DNA of 64,000 nucleotides from Candidatus Lokiarchaeum ossiferum (GTDB lineage Archaea; Asgardarchaeota; Lokiarchaeia; Sigyniarchaeales; Promethearchaeaceae): NCBI GenBank assembly GCA_025839675.1, contig CP104013.1, positions 2,977,121 to 3,041,120 of the forward strand, read 5' to 3'. Shown piece by piece: positions 11,301 to 19,891 of this stretch (position 1 is its first letter; each line of letters starts with the position of its first letter). The notes under the pieces were generated by a model. It saw only the letters and a program-made list of their open reading frames with translations, ran no database searches and was not told where the DNA came from. The position numbers and the translations under genes were made by a program.

Positions 11301-12830
11301 GCGTGATCCGTCAGCTACTGAAGTAGAATCCCAAGTTAAAGCATAAGGAGAAGTTGTATCAGTTCCGATAATACTGCCATCAATATAAAATTCGACTTTC
11401 GTAACACCTCTATTGTCTGAAGCATCAGCGGTGATTGTGATTGTATCTTGAACAATATCATTTTCTTTTGGATCTGTAATAGTTACAGAAGGATCTATAA
11501 TATCTTCACCAGAATTAGAATATCCTAAAAAGGCTTCAACATCAATTCGTCCACTTCCGTAAGTATTGTCCTTTCCAACTACACCCATATCCACGGCACT
11601 TGCTTCAACAGCATCCTTAACGTCAGCAGGGGATACTTGGCCGTAGTATAAATCATAATAAAGAGCACATGAACCTGCAACAAATGGAGTAGCCATAGAA
11701 GTACCACTCATTGTTGTGTATGAAGTTGTTGTACCAGCTCGAGCAGCTGTGATACTCACACCTGGACCACAAACATCAGGCTTAATTCTTCCATCAGGTA
11801 AAGGTCCCCGACTGGAGAAAGATGCAATATTCCATCCACCTTCACCAGGATCACTTACAGCACCTACAGTAATAGCATTGTATGCGCTTCCTGGAGAACC
11901 AATAGTTCCACTGCTAGGGCCAGAGTTTCCTGCTGCAATAACGACAGTTAAACCGCCAGCAACTAACTGATCGGCGGCTTCAGCGGTAGCATCATATAAG
12001 CCCCCATTATCATCCCCTAAACTCATGGATACAATATCGATACCATAAACATCTTTATTGGTTAAACACCACTGCATACCATCAATTACTTGTTCATTTG
12101 TTCCACTACCAGAATCACTTAACACTTTGACTCCAACTAAGGCAGCTCCAGGAGCAACACCCATGTAATTAGAATTTGCATCACCAGTTCCAGCAGCAAT
12201 GCTAGAACAGTGAGTACCATGGCCATGACCATCATACGGATTGGATTGACCATTAATAGCATCGTACCATCCAATAACTTTTCCACCATCTAAATCAGCG
12301 TGAGAATTATCAATTCCGGTATCAACTACAGCAATAACAACATCATTCTTGCTGTAAGAAGTTGGATTTCCATCCCGATCCCCATCAACACTATAAGTTT
12401 GTCTTCCGGAAATTGCACCTGCATATTCTGCAGCAGTATCCATACATACTGTGAATTCACGGATATCATCTACACCTTTAATTGAAGGTGCAGTCTCAAG
12501 TGCGGCGCGTATATTAATTGGGACTAACCCAACTACCATATCAAAACTTTCATATATTTTGTCGACAAGAATGCCGTTGGCTTCTAGGTACTCGTAATCG
12601 ATACCGTCTTCAAAACCAATAATCTGTCGTTCGTATTCGATAGCATTTTGATCGACAGAAAAACTTTGTCTATATGAAGAAGATGATAGGGCTGATCCCA
12701 GAGTCAAAGACTGCGAAACCAGCATAAATAACATAAGTCCCATGAGTGGGACTATCATTTTATTCAATTTTTTATTCATAATCAAACCAAACCCTTGATT
12801 ATACCTTGATATCGAATTTTTTTTAATCAT
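8340..12830 (-). CDS. Giant secreted multidomain protease: subtilisin-like S8 domain + Ig-like/PPC repeat modules + C-terminal caspase-like (clan CD) cysteine peptidase domain
   Basis: The N-terminal signal/TM region has an alternative ATG at 12779 (MNKKLNKMIVPLMGLMLFML). The S8 triad motifs are VVDTGID, HGHGTHCSSIAAG and GTSMATPFVAG. Four PPC-like repeats (VDYFEL...SYDID.YIC...YLARGYTT.NPET.SY.IQTAGTYYI) interleave with Big-like repeats (ISITASASDNVGV...TLSDGSHTI.VQA.DAAGN). The C-terminus has YALLCGVSDY, ITSGHGSG and FVFIDHCYSGG, a His/Cys dyad typical of a clan CD peptidase. Confidence 0.85.
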   Translation of the reverse strand: MIKKNSISRYNQGFGLIMNKKLNKMIVPLMGLMLFMLVSQSLTLGSALSSSSYRQSFSVDQNAIEYERQIIGFEDGIDYEYLEANGILVDKIYESFDMVVGLVPINIRAALETAPSIKGVDDIREFTVCMDTAAEYAGAISGRQTYSVDGDRDGNPTSYSKNDVVIAVVDTGIDNSHADLDGGKVIGWYDAINGQSNPYDGHGHGTHCSSIAAGTGDANSNYMGVAPGAALVGVKVLSDSGSGTNEQVIDGMQWCLTNKDVYGIDIVSMSLGDDNGGLYDATAEAADQLVAGGLTVVIAAGNSGPSSGTIGSPGSAYNAITVGAVSDPGEGGWNIASFSSRGPLPDGRIKPDVCGPGVSITAARAGTTTSYTTMSGTSMATPFVAGSCALYYDLYYGQVSPADVKDAVEASAVDMGVVGKDNTYGSGRIDVEAFLGYSNSGEDIIDPSVTITDPKENDIVQDTITITADASDNRGVTKVEFYIDGSIIGTDTTSPYALTWDSTSVADGSRDISAKAYDEAGNTDIDEITVNVDQDYTGPILVTESLVGSVAGSEIDYFELTNVEPGMMDVSVSWSGSYDIDAYICETANYNSYLARGYTTNNPETTSYEIQTAGTYYIGIRMYTSSASSTAYTATVSYYKGSSSGEDIIDPTVAISNPSSGDTVLGDVAIEASASDNVGVSYVQYRIDSGSWVQDYSAPYTWTWDSTSVSDGSHSITVQAFDAAGNFDEDSISISVSNDNSNPIPITETFEGSVGRGETDWYIVEAQPGLMELDVSWGNSYDIDCYISTTQSTTNYLARGYTTNNPETCSYEIQTAGTYYIGIKMYSYWASSTAYSAELSYYSLGVASVIDELADEKADQITEDLTGSVAGREVDYFELTDVEPGLMQVSATWGNSYDIDVYICTSASYSNYLARGYTTSNPETCSYNIQTAGTYYIAVRMYTSYASSTSYTTTVSYYTGGTVVDTEKPTISITSPSNGATVDDTISITASASDNVGVDYLRYQVDSGSWTTDSTSPYSWSLDTTTLSDGAHTITVQAYDAAGNFGEDDVSITVDNDNGDVQLIERDLTGSVAGSEVDYFELSAVEAGMMDVSVSWSGSYDIDVYICQTASYSSYLARGYTTSNPETCSYNIQTAGTYYIAVRMYTSSASSTAYTATVSYYTGGTGGDYEKPTVSITSPSNGATVEDTISITASATDNVGVVDVQCRVDSGSWTSDASAPYSWSFDTTTLSEGSHTISVQAFDAAGNSQIDSISITVDNEVSTGGKYALLCGVSDYKAISDLSYCDEDVTDYFNYLTTVCGFEESNIIVLGDGHPSNFPKYDGLATEANTKYYLNWLAQQEGEIVYITSGHGSGTGSGSSYICSWDCGSGESGEDGDFYDTELAAILDGAIADDIFVFIDHCYSGGIGPELMAMPNSNNVYCTTTCTEDGYGYDDSAHNNGAWTYYFLEYTLINHFGSSATTTMEAAFDYAASVYPHSGGDAPMEFDGNSGSYFTL
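9050..11530. repeat. Intragenic tandem DNA repeats encoding the PPC/Ig-like modules of the giant protease
   Basis: The motif ataataagttccagcagtttgaat(g/t)t.ata.gaaca.gtttc.gg recurs near 9411, 10021, 10373 and 10982. The periods are about 610, 350 and 610 bp. Confidence 0.7.
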
Positions 12831-13207
12831 TTAAAAATAATTAAACGACTCTCAATATCAATGATATTTCATTCATAGTCTATATAAATATATTGAAAAA
12901 ACTACCATCATTTTGTTAACAGTAGTAATTTTGAGTTGTTTATATATATTCAATTTTGAAACAGAATTTTGTGATTAAAAGATAAATTTTGTTAAGTTCT
13001 TAATATCTGGTTAATATGGATTGGGAAAAAAAAAGAATATTAAGACAAGGCATTTTTTTACCAATGGTCTGGATGCGAGGATCATGCAAATAAAGATCAT
13101 TCAACTTCGCATAATCGTCCTGTCTATTTTGACGGGCCAAATTTTTCCTGAGGAATTAGAATCTAAGAAAATATGAAAAAAGATGAGCGCTATCTCATTA
13201 AAACTTC

Positions 13208-14434
13208 TTAACTCAAAACAATTCTCAAGAAAACACCTATTATAACTAGGAAAGCAATAATACTTATTCCTAACTTCGAGAGAAGAAAGTTACGAGTAGG
13301 ATTGACATGGAAATCGATTGCCTCGTGAGGACACAACTCAGTACAACAATAACAAGTGATGCATTTCTTTTTATCCCAAAGCGGAACAGTTTTTCCAACT
13401 TGTTTTTCTTCCGGAGGAGTTAAAGCATCCACAGGACAGTTTTGCCAGCATTTTCCACATAGTACACACTTGGAAGGATCCACTTTTAAACGAGATTTGA
13501 AGAGAATTTTACCCAGATATTCTGTAATCTTTTTGGGAATTTTAAATTTAGGTATTTTGATGGAAGGGAGTTTGAAAGGTCGTTTCACCGATTCAATTTT
13601 TTCTCCAACGAAGGTATAATCGTCCAGTTTCATGGAACCAAGATTTTTCTGTTCAGCTTTGGGTAAATACATAACTTGGTTTGGATCCACATCAATAATT
13701 TTGCACACTGTTGTATCCAAAGCTACTCCGTCATATCCAGCTAAGATCAGATCCAATTTAACAACGTCTCCAGCCGCTGGACCTTTTCCTTCTTGACATA
13801 AATAACCATCTATAACAGTTAATTGGGGCGAAGAAACAGAATAAACATCAACTAAAGCGGAAGTGAAAGCATCAACCATTGGAAATCGCGCATGCATTTG
13901 AGCTTTATTCCCCAACATAACGGTCCCAAACATATTTTTAATGCAACAGGTTAGGGTTGTCAATCCATGGGTTTTGATTTTTGGGATATTTATAATCAAA
14001 TCAGCATCTTCCAATAAATGTGTACTTGCTATTTCATCTAAAACAAATCCATTTTTAACTGAATAAATTTTTCGGGGAGTTTTTTCAAGAGGAGCACATT
14101 CAACATTTTCATCTATACACACTTGCAGAATTCCACAAGCTTTTAATGCCACCTGGGTAGCATTGGGAGAATTACTCCCTGAAGAATCACCCACAAAAAC
14201 ACGAGCAGGTTTAAATTGTTTCACCCAGCGAATGACAGCCCGTAAAACTTCAGGATGTGTGGTGACAGCTCGTTCCGCAGGTTTCCCACTGAGCACATTC
14301 GGTTTAATTAAAATGATCATACCTTCCCGAACCATCAATTCTTCAGCATTAATTGCTTTTAATGCGGTAAAAACCGCATTTTCTACCTCTTCATTATGAA
14401 TTTTTTGAATTGAAATTAAGTTATTGTGAATCAT
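13208..14434 (-). CDS. DUF362-like protein with two C-terminal 4Fe-4S ferredoxin motifs
   Basis: CVLCGKCWQNCP and CITCYCCTELCP lie at the C-terminus. The body resembles the DUF362 family, which is often fused to ferredoxin domains. Confidence 0.55.
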   Translation of the reverse strand: MIHNNLISIQKIHNEEVENAVFTALKAINAEELMVREGMIILIKPNVLSGKPAERAVTTHPEVLRAVIRWVKQFKPARVFVGDSSGSNSPNATQVALKACGILQVCIDENVECAPLEKTPRKIYSVKNGFVLDEIASTHLLEDADLIINIPKIKTHGLTTLTCCIKNMFGTVMLGNKAQMHARFPMVDAFTSALVDVYSVSSPQLTVIDGYLCQEGKGPAAGDVVKLDLILAGYDGVALDTTVCKIIDVDPNQVMYLPKAEQKNLGSMKLDDYTFVGEKIESVKRPFKLPSIKIPKFKIPKKITEYLGKILFKSRLKVDPSKCVLCGKCWQNCPVDALTPPEEKQVGKTVPLWDKKKCITCYCCTELCPHEAIDFHVNPTRNFLLSKLGISIIAFLVIIGVFLRIVLS

Positions 14435-14542
14435 AAATCTTGCACATTTAACTATTAGCTCCCATTCAATAAAAAATTAAAAACTCTAAAAACTTTGATA
14501 GACAGATTTGAATTTATACAAAGAAAAGGAGGGCGGAAAAAA

Positions 14543-15100
14543 TTAGAAAAGCGCATCTTCATGAATCGTTTCAAGACAAGAATAAGTGTTTTCAGTTTTT
14601 AACCCACTTTTCTCCATAATTTGAAAAATAAAAGATTCCAAACAATCAATACATCCTTCATCTTTAGAAGTAATGGGAAGAAAAGTTAATTGATGAATTA
14701 ACGAATATTGAGTAATATTTTCAAGTTCATCGCATGTAAACGGTACTAGATCAATTTTATTCCTAATAATTAAAAATGAGACTCTCCGAAGATTTTTTTC
14801 TTGAATTTTCATCTTCAAATAGCTAAAAAGTTGAGATGATTGAATTGTGAAATGATCACACACGAAAATAACTAAGTCCACACCTTCAATTACTGGGGGA
14901 AAATTAAAAAAATCATTTATACTGGTGCCTCCGATTTCAATGAAATTCACATCAGTGGATAATCTTGATAAGTAATAAGTTTGCAAATCAACCCCAATTG
15001 TCGGTAAATAACTGGTTGTAAATTCTCCAGATCCAAATTTTTGCAAGATCTGTGTCTTCCCAACTCCAGGTTCTCCGATAAGTAATATTTTATAAACCAT
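14543..15100 (-). CDS. Ras-superfamily small GTPase (Asgard-type)
   Basis: The P-loop is LLIGEPGVGKTQ, a switch I Thr sits in PTIGVD and G4 is RNKIDL. The protein is 185 aa. G3 is atypical (IEIGGT rather than DxxGQ). Confidence 0.7.
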   Translation of the reverse strand: MVYKILLIGEPGVGKTQILQKFGSGEFTTSYLPTIGVDLQTYYLSRLSTDVNFIEIGGTSINDFFNFPPVIEGVDLVIFVCDHFTIQSSQLFSYLKMKIQEKNLRRVSFLIIRNKIDLVPFTCDELENITQYSLIHQLTFLPITSKDEGCIDCLESFIFQIMEKSGLKTENTYSCLETIHEDALF

Positions 15101-15323
15101 TTAGAATCCCTTTTTATCTTACTAATAGGTTGTTCTCTACTTCAATTTGAATTATTAGTTTTAGAAATATATCTATAAACTTTACAATAAAAATGTCAGT
15201 TCTCCGAACTTTTCATAGTCAAGTAACTGTCTATCAAATGGTTCGAGCTAAATTTTTGAATTTTAGTAAAAACTATCAAATTACATTTAATTACAACTAA
15301 GGGAAAAACTAGGGTAGAGAAAA

Positions 15324-17396
15324 ATGCTGACTATTGATCAAACCCATAAAGGTTTCATTGTTAAGTATAAAAACAAGATCATTTTAAAACATTCCAAGGA
15401 TTCTCCTTGCTGCAATTTTGGAACAGGAAATGCTTCTTATTCGGAACATCTTGGATCCTATAAAATTAAGGAAAATCTTTTTTACAAAACCAGTTTAACC
15501 AAGTTTAAAATTATAGAAACCAATGCTAGCCATCTACGAATTCACTTCTCAGATTCTACAAATCCTTCCGAGGTTCTGGAGATAATAATTCGAAATGAAA
15601 ATCGAAGAATCGTGATAATCCCAAAAATTGGGACATTATCACCAGAAAATACTCTTATTATCGATGAAGGGAAGAAATATAATCGATTTTGGATTAAATT
15701 AGCAGCCAATCCAGACGAGGCGATCTATGGATGCGGTGAACAATATTCAGAATTAAATCTCCGGGGGAAAAAATTACCTTTATGGGTGGAAGAACAGGGT
15801 ATTGGTCGAGGAGATCCAAAATGGATCACATGGCTCGCCGATATCAAGGCTGGTGCAGGTGGAAAATGGTATACAACCTACTATCCCCAGCCAACCTTCA
15901 TTTCAACTGATCATTATTTTTGCCATGTAGATATGACCAGTTATTCTGTCTTCGACTTCATTTGTTCCGATTTCCACTTATTACATTCATGGGAAATACC
16001 TAAGCAAATAATCTTAGAATATCATAATACACTATTAGATACCGTATCAGGTCTCTCTACATTTTTAGGCAGACAACCAAAATTAGCAGATTGGGTTTAT
16101 GATGGGATGTGGCTGGCAATTCAAGGAAAAGGTGGAAACCAAGCAGTTCGAAACAGATTGCAAAAAGCCCTCGATGCAAAAGTTTTAGTCTCTGGAATTT
16201 GGAGTCAAGACTGGCAAGGAATCGTTACCACACCCTTTGGAACTCAATTGTTTTGGGATTGGAAGTGGGATGGAAAGGGTCGACCAGTTAGATTTGATAA
16301 TTTTCCAGAATTTGTTAAAGAGATGCGGGAAAAAGGAATTCGATATTTAGGATACATTAACTCATTTTTGAATATTGAAGGAGAGCAATTTAAAGAAGCT
16401 TCGAAAAAGGGTTTGGTGATTAAAAATCGGGATGGAACCGATTTCATTACCAAAACAACCACTTTTCCAGTAGCATTATTAGATTTATCAAATCCAGCAA
16501 CTCAAATATGGATCAAAGACATAATCAAGCAAAACTTGATAAATGAAGCGGGATTATCGGGCTGGATGTCGGATTTTGGAGAATATCTCCCCCCCGATGC
16601 AGCATTACACTCTGGAGAATCAGGAGAAAGTTACCATAACCACTTCCCAGTGGTTTGGCAACGGCTAAATCTGGAAGCGGTGCAAGAAGCGGGAAAGTCT
16701 GAGGAGATAGTTTTTTTCACCCGATCGGGTTATTCTCATACTTCTAAATATACAACTATGGTTTGGGCTGGAGATCAAATGCCCAATTGGAGTATGGGTG
16801 ACGGATTGGCTTCGGTCATTCCCGCAGGATTATCCTTAGGGCTCTGTGGAATCGGGTACTATCATTCGGATATAGGTGGTTTTACTTCAATTAAGCCTGT
16901 GGTTCGGAAAAAGGAAAATTTTATGCGATGGGTGGAACATTCTACATTCACGATGTTGATGCGGACTCATGAAGGAATTAAACCTGAAATCAACTGGCAA
17001 TTTGATTCGGATCAAGAAACTCTTGACCATTTAGCGCGAATGACACATATTCATGCTATTATGAAGCCCTATCTACAACACATTTCAGAAGAATATCAAA
17101 CCACCGGTATTCCTCCGATGCGTGCTATGGTCTTGCACTATGAATCTGATCCAGAAGTCCGGGATCTCAAATATCAATATCTTTTTGGGAAAGATCTTTT
17201 GGTGGCACCTGTAATTAAGAAAAAACGAAAATCCTGGAAAGTGTATATTCCTGATGATCAATGGATCAATATTTGGACCGGAAAAGATTGTATGAAGGGA
17301 TGGCAAAAATATGCTGCACCCCTCGGAAAACCTCCTGTGTTCTATAGAAAAGGAACAAGATTTACCAATATCTTTGAATCTATCCAAAAATTATAA
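15324..17396 (+). CDS. Glycoside hydrolase family 31 (alpha-glucosidase / alpha-xylosidase / sulfoquinovosidase-like)
   Basis: GCGEQYSELNLRGKKLPLWVEEQGIGRGD, GIWSQDWQG and GWMSDFGEYLPPD are GH31-type catalytic-region motifs. The protein is 690 aa. Confidence 0.7.
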   Translation: MLTIDQTHKGFIVKYKNKIILKHSKDSPCCNFGTGNASYSEHLGSYKIKENLFYKTSLTKFKIIETNASHLRIHFSDSTNPSEVLEIIIRNENRRIVIIPKIGTLSPENTLIIDEGKKYNRFWIKLAANPDEAIYGCGEQYSELNLRGKKLPLWVEEQGIGRGDPKWITWLADIKAGAGGKWYTTYYPQPTFISTDHYFCHVDMTSYSVFDFICSDFHLLHSWEIPKQIILEYHNTLLDTVSGLSTFLGRQPKLADWVYDGMWLAIQGKGGNQAVRNRLQKALDAKVLVSGIWSQDWQGIVTTPFGTQLFWDWKWDGKGRPVRFDNFPEFVKEMREKGIRYLGYINSFLNIEGEQFKEASKKGLVIKNRDGTDFITKTTTFPVALLDLSNPATQIWIKDIIKQNLINEAGLSGWMSDFGEYLPPDAALHSGESGESYHNHFPVVWQRLNLEAVQEAGKSEEIVFFTRSGYSHTSKYTTMVWAGDQMPNWSMGDGLASVIPAGLSLGLCGIGYYHSDIGGFTSIKPVVRKKENFMRWVEHSTFTMLMRTHEGIKPEINWQFDSDQETLDHLARMTHIHAIMKPYLQHISEEYQTTGIPPMRAMVLHYESDPEVRDLKYQYLFGKDLLVAPVIKKKRKSWKVYIPDDQWINIWTGKDCMKGWQKYAAPLGKPPVFYRKGTRFTNIFESIQKL

Positions 17397-17412
17397 AAAA
17401 CGAAAAGAAGCA

Positions 17413-17934
17413 CTATTCTTCTTCTTTTTTTCCTAAGTATTTTTTAAAGGCGTCTTTGAAATCCATCATCTTTCTTTTATATTGAGAACTTGCTACGTGA
17501 TGTGCCAGTTTCAACCCTTTTAATTTGGTAATTTCTTCCATTTGTTGGGCAATTGCATCAAAGGATGAGACATTTCCAGAAAAAGATTCAGTAATTTCTG
17601 CTTGAAATTGTTTTGAGAATCTTGTTTTCATTCGTCCCAACACTTTTTCTGCGATAGCTACCGGACCCTTTCGATCCATCACTACAACAAAACCAAGTTC
17701 TTCATTAAAGGAAAAAACCATACGAAAATTTTGTGTCTCCACCAATCGAATATCTTCTTGTAGGACTTCATTCGTAAAATGCATAAAGGAAGTTAATAAA
17801 CCGGAAATTAAAATTCCACTAATTTCTGTCATATCTGGCAGTTCTTCCACTGCCACATCTAATAAATTAAGACCCGAATGCCGTTGAAAAACGAGTATTT
17901 TATAAATTCCCATAATAAACAAAACAAGAATCAT
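17413..17934 (-). CDS. Hypothetical membrane-anchored protein (possible roadblock/LC7-like fold)
   Basis: The N-terminal TM helix is MILVLFIMGIYKILVF. The ORF-track start at 17964 is TTG, so I used the ATG at 17934. Any fold assignment is speculative. Confidence 0.3.
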   Translation of the reverse strand: MILVLFIMGIYKILVFQRHSGLNLLDVAVEELPDMTEISGILISGLLTSFMHFTNEVLQEDIRLVETQNFRMVFSFNEELGFVVVMDRKGPVAIAEKVLGRMKTRFSKQFQAEITESFSGNVSSFDAIAQQMEEITKLKGLKLAHHVASSQYKRKMMDFKDAFKKYLGKKEEE

Positions 17935-18005
17935 AGCCTTATTTGTCTTTGGATAGGCAAACAAATGATATTCTACAATGAAGTGAAAAAGAATATAAAA
18001 AAAAT

Positions 18006-19889
18006 TTAGTTGGAAATAAATTCTGTGAGTTCAATTTGATTCCGAACCAAGGTATAATAGGCTCCTTGTTTTTTAAGGAGTTCTTCGTGAGTACCCATTT
18101 CAACAATATTACCATCATCGATTACAGCAATCATGTCGGCATCTCGAATCGTCGAGAGGCGATGTGCGATAATAAACGCCGTTCGATTGGAGAGCAAGAG
18201 TTTGATGGCTTTTTGAATCTTTATTTCGCTAAACACATCAACTGAACTGGTTGCTTCATCCAAAACAATAATCCGAGGATCTGCTAATAAAGCCATTGCA
18301 AAGACTAATAGCTGGCGTTGGCCTACAGATAAACGTTTGCCTCGTTCTTGAAGAGGAGTATCGAGCCCATATTCAAAGCGTTCAATAGAATCTTTCAACC
18401 CCACCTGCTCGAGAACAAACCACATATCCTTATCTGTCGCTTTTGGGTCACCAAGGTGTAAGTTATCGCGAACACTGCCTGAAAACACAAAGAAATCTTG
18501 GGGAACTGAAGTAATTTGTTTGCGGAAAGAGGGGAGAGAAAAATCACTAATTTCTTGATCATCTACTAACAATCGACCCTTTTTGAGTTTATAGAGACGA
18601 CTTAAGATGTTAATAATCGTTGTTTTTCCTGCACCAGTTTTCCCAACGAGTGCAATAGTCATACCTGCTGAAATATTCAGATTGATTGGATCATAGATGG
18701 GAACATTATCATAATATTCAAAGGTGATATTATCGAAGGCAATAGCTCCTTCAATAGGGGGAAGATCAGGTAAGTGTAAATTCCAGGGAACTTTCGTTTC
18801 AGTATCGAGAAGAGACTTAATCCGTTCGGCTCCTGTTAAAGCATCTTGTAATTCTTGATATAAATTTCCTAAGATCACAATGGGGCGAAACAAGATAGCA
18901 TTATAATTCAGAAAGGCCAATAACACTCCAATGGTGATTGCCCCAGCAAAATACCGATATCCTCCAATAAGCACCAAAAATGCCGTTCCCAAGGAAGAAC
19001 CTAAGAGTAATGTTGGAAAGAGTACGGCATGGATAATATTAGAGCGAATGGTAGCATGAGTATTAGCAAGATTAATCTTTTCAAAATTCCTATTATTTTG
19101 CGATTCACGATTGAGTGTTTTGATAACACGAATGCCAGCAATGCTTTCTCCAATATTAGCCATCATTTGAGCGTTTAATCGACGATTCTCTTTACGTCTG
19201 GCTCGAATTGATTTTCTTCCCACAACTCCAATACTTAAAATGAGTGGAATGACAACTACGGAAACCAAAGCCATAAATAGATCTAAACTAAAGAGAAAAC
19301 CGAGAATTACAAACACTGTGACGATGTTCGAAAGATTTGTTACCACCCTTCCACCCAAAAATTCTCGAATCGCCATAATGTCACTTGTTAAACGGCTCAT
19401 GATTCTTCCCACCTCATTACGATCATGATATGACAAATCGAGCTCTTGAAGGTGAGAAAAGGTATCTTGTGCCATATCGCGGGAAGCTTGCAATCCCATA
19501 TTTGACATCAATATAGTACGTCGATAGCTAGAATAGAATATAATTGCTTGAAATAATAGGTATAAAAATGCAACTAATCCCACTTCTAACCAAATTCGTT
19601 CCACTTGGGGGAAAATTCCTACTAACCAATCAATAAACTGGATTACTATAGCATCCAACCATTGGATATCAAAAAAAGTCGCTGCTTGGTCAGTAAATTT
19701 ATCCATAGCAATTTTTATGAGGAGTGGAGAAATAGCGGTAAAAATTGTGTATAAGATCATTTGCCATATGATCCCTCCTAAGAGCCCTTTATATTTCTGC
19801 GTATATTTAAACATAAATTTATATAGAGTTAAATCCTTATAGCCAAAACTCCCTGTAGCTTTTTCTTTCTCGGCATCGGAATGTTGCAT
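18006..19889 (-). CDS. ABC exporter, fused permease/ATPase subunit (MsbA/MdlB-like)
   Basis: A six-TM region is followed by Walker A GKTGAGKTT, the signature LSVGQRQ and Walker B IIVLDEATS. Confidence 0.9.
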   Translation of the reverse strand: MQHSDAEKEKATGSFGYKDLTLYKFMFKYTQKYKGLLGGIIWQMILYTIFTAISPLLIKIAMDKFTDQAATFFDIQWLDAIVIQFIDWLVGIFPQVERIWLEVGLVAFLYLLFQAIIFYSSYRRTILMSNMGLQASRDMAQDTFSHLQELDLSYHDRNEVGRIMSRLTSDIMAIREFLGGRVVTNLSNIVTVFVILGFLFSLDLFMALVSVVVIPLILSIGVVGRKSIRARRKENRRLNAQMMANIGESIAGIRVIKTLNRESQNNRNFEKINLANTHATIRSNIIHAVLFPTLLLGSSLGTAFLVLIGGYRYFAGAITIGVLLAFLNYNAILFRPIVILGNLYQELQDALTGAERIKSLLDTETKVPWNLHLPDLPPIEGAIAFDNITFEYYDNVPIYDPINLNISAGMTIALVGKTGAGKTTIINILSRLYKLKKGRLLVDDQEISDFSLPSFRKQITSVPQDFFVFSGSVRDNLHLGDPKATDKDMWFVLEQVGLKDSIERFEYGLDTPLQERGKRLSVGQRQLLVFAMALLADPRIIVLDEATSSVDVFSEIKIQKAIKLLLSNRTAFIIAHRLSTIRDADMIAVIDDGNIVEMGTHEELLKKQGAYYTLVRNQIELTEFISN

Positions 19890-19891
19890 GA

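Noticed and set aside
8963-12485. Nine short ORFs (61-87 aa) inside and antisense to the giant protease gene
   Set aside because: They lie entirely within a long, well-supported CDS and its repeat region, with no independent coding signal.
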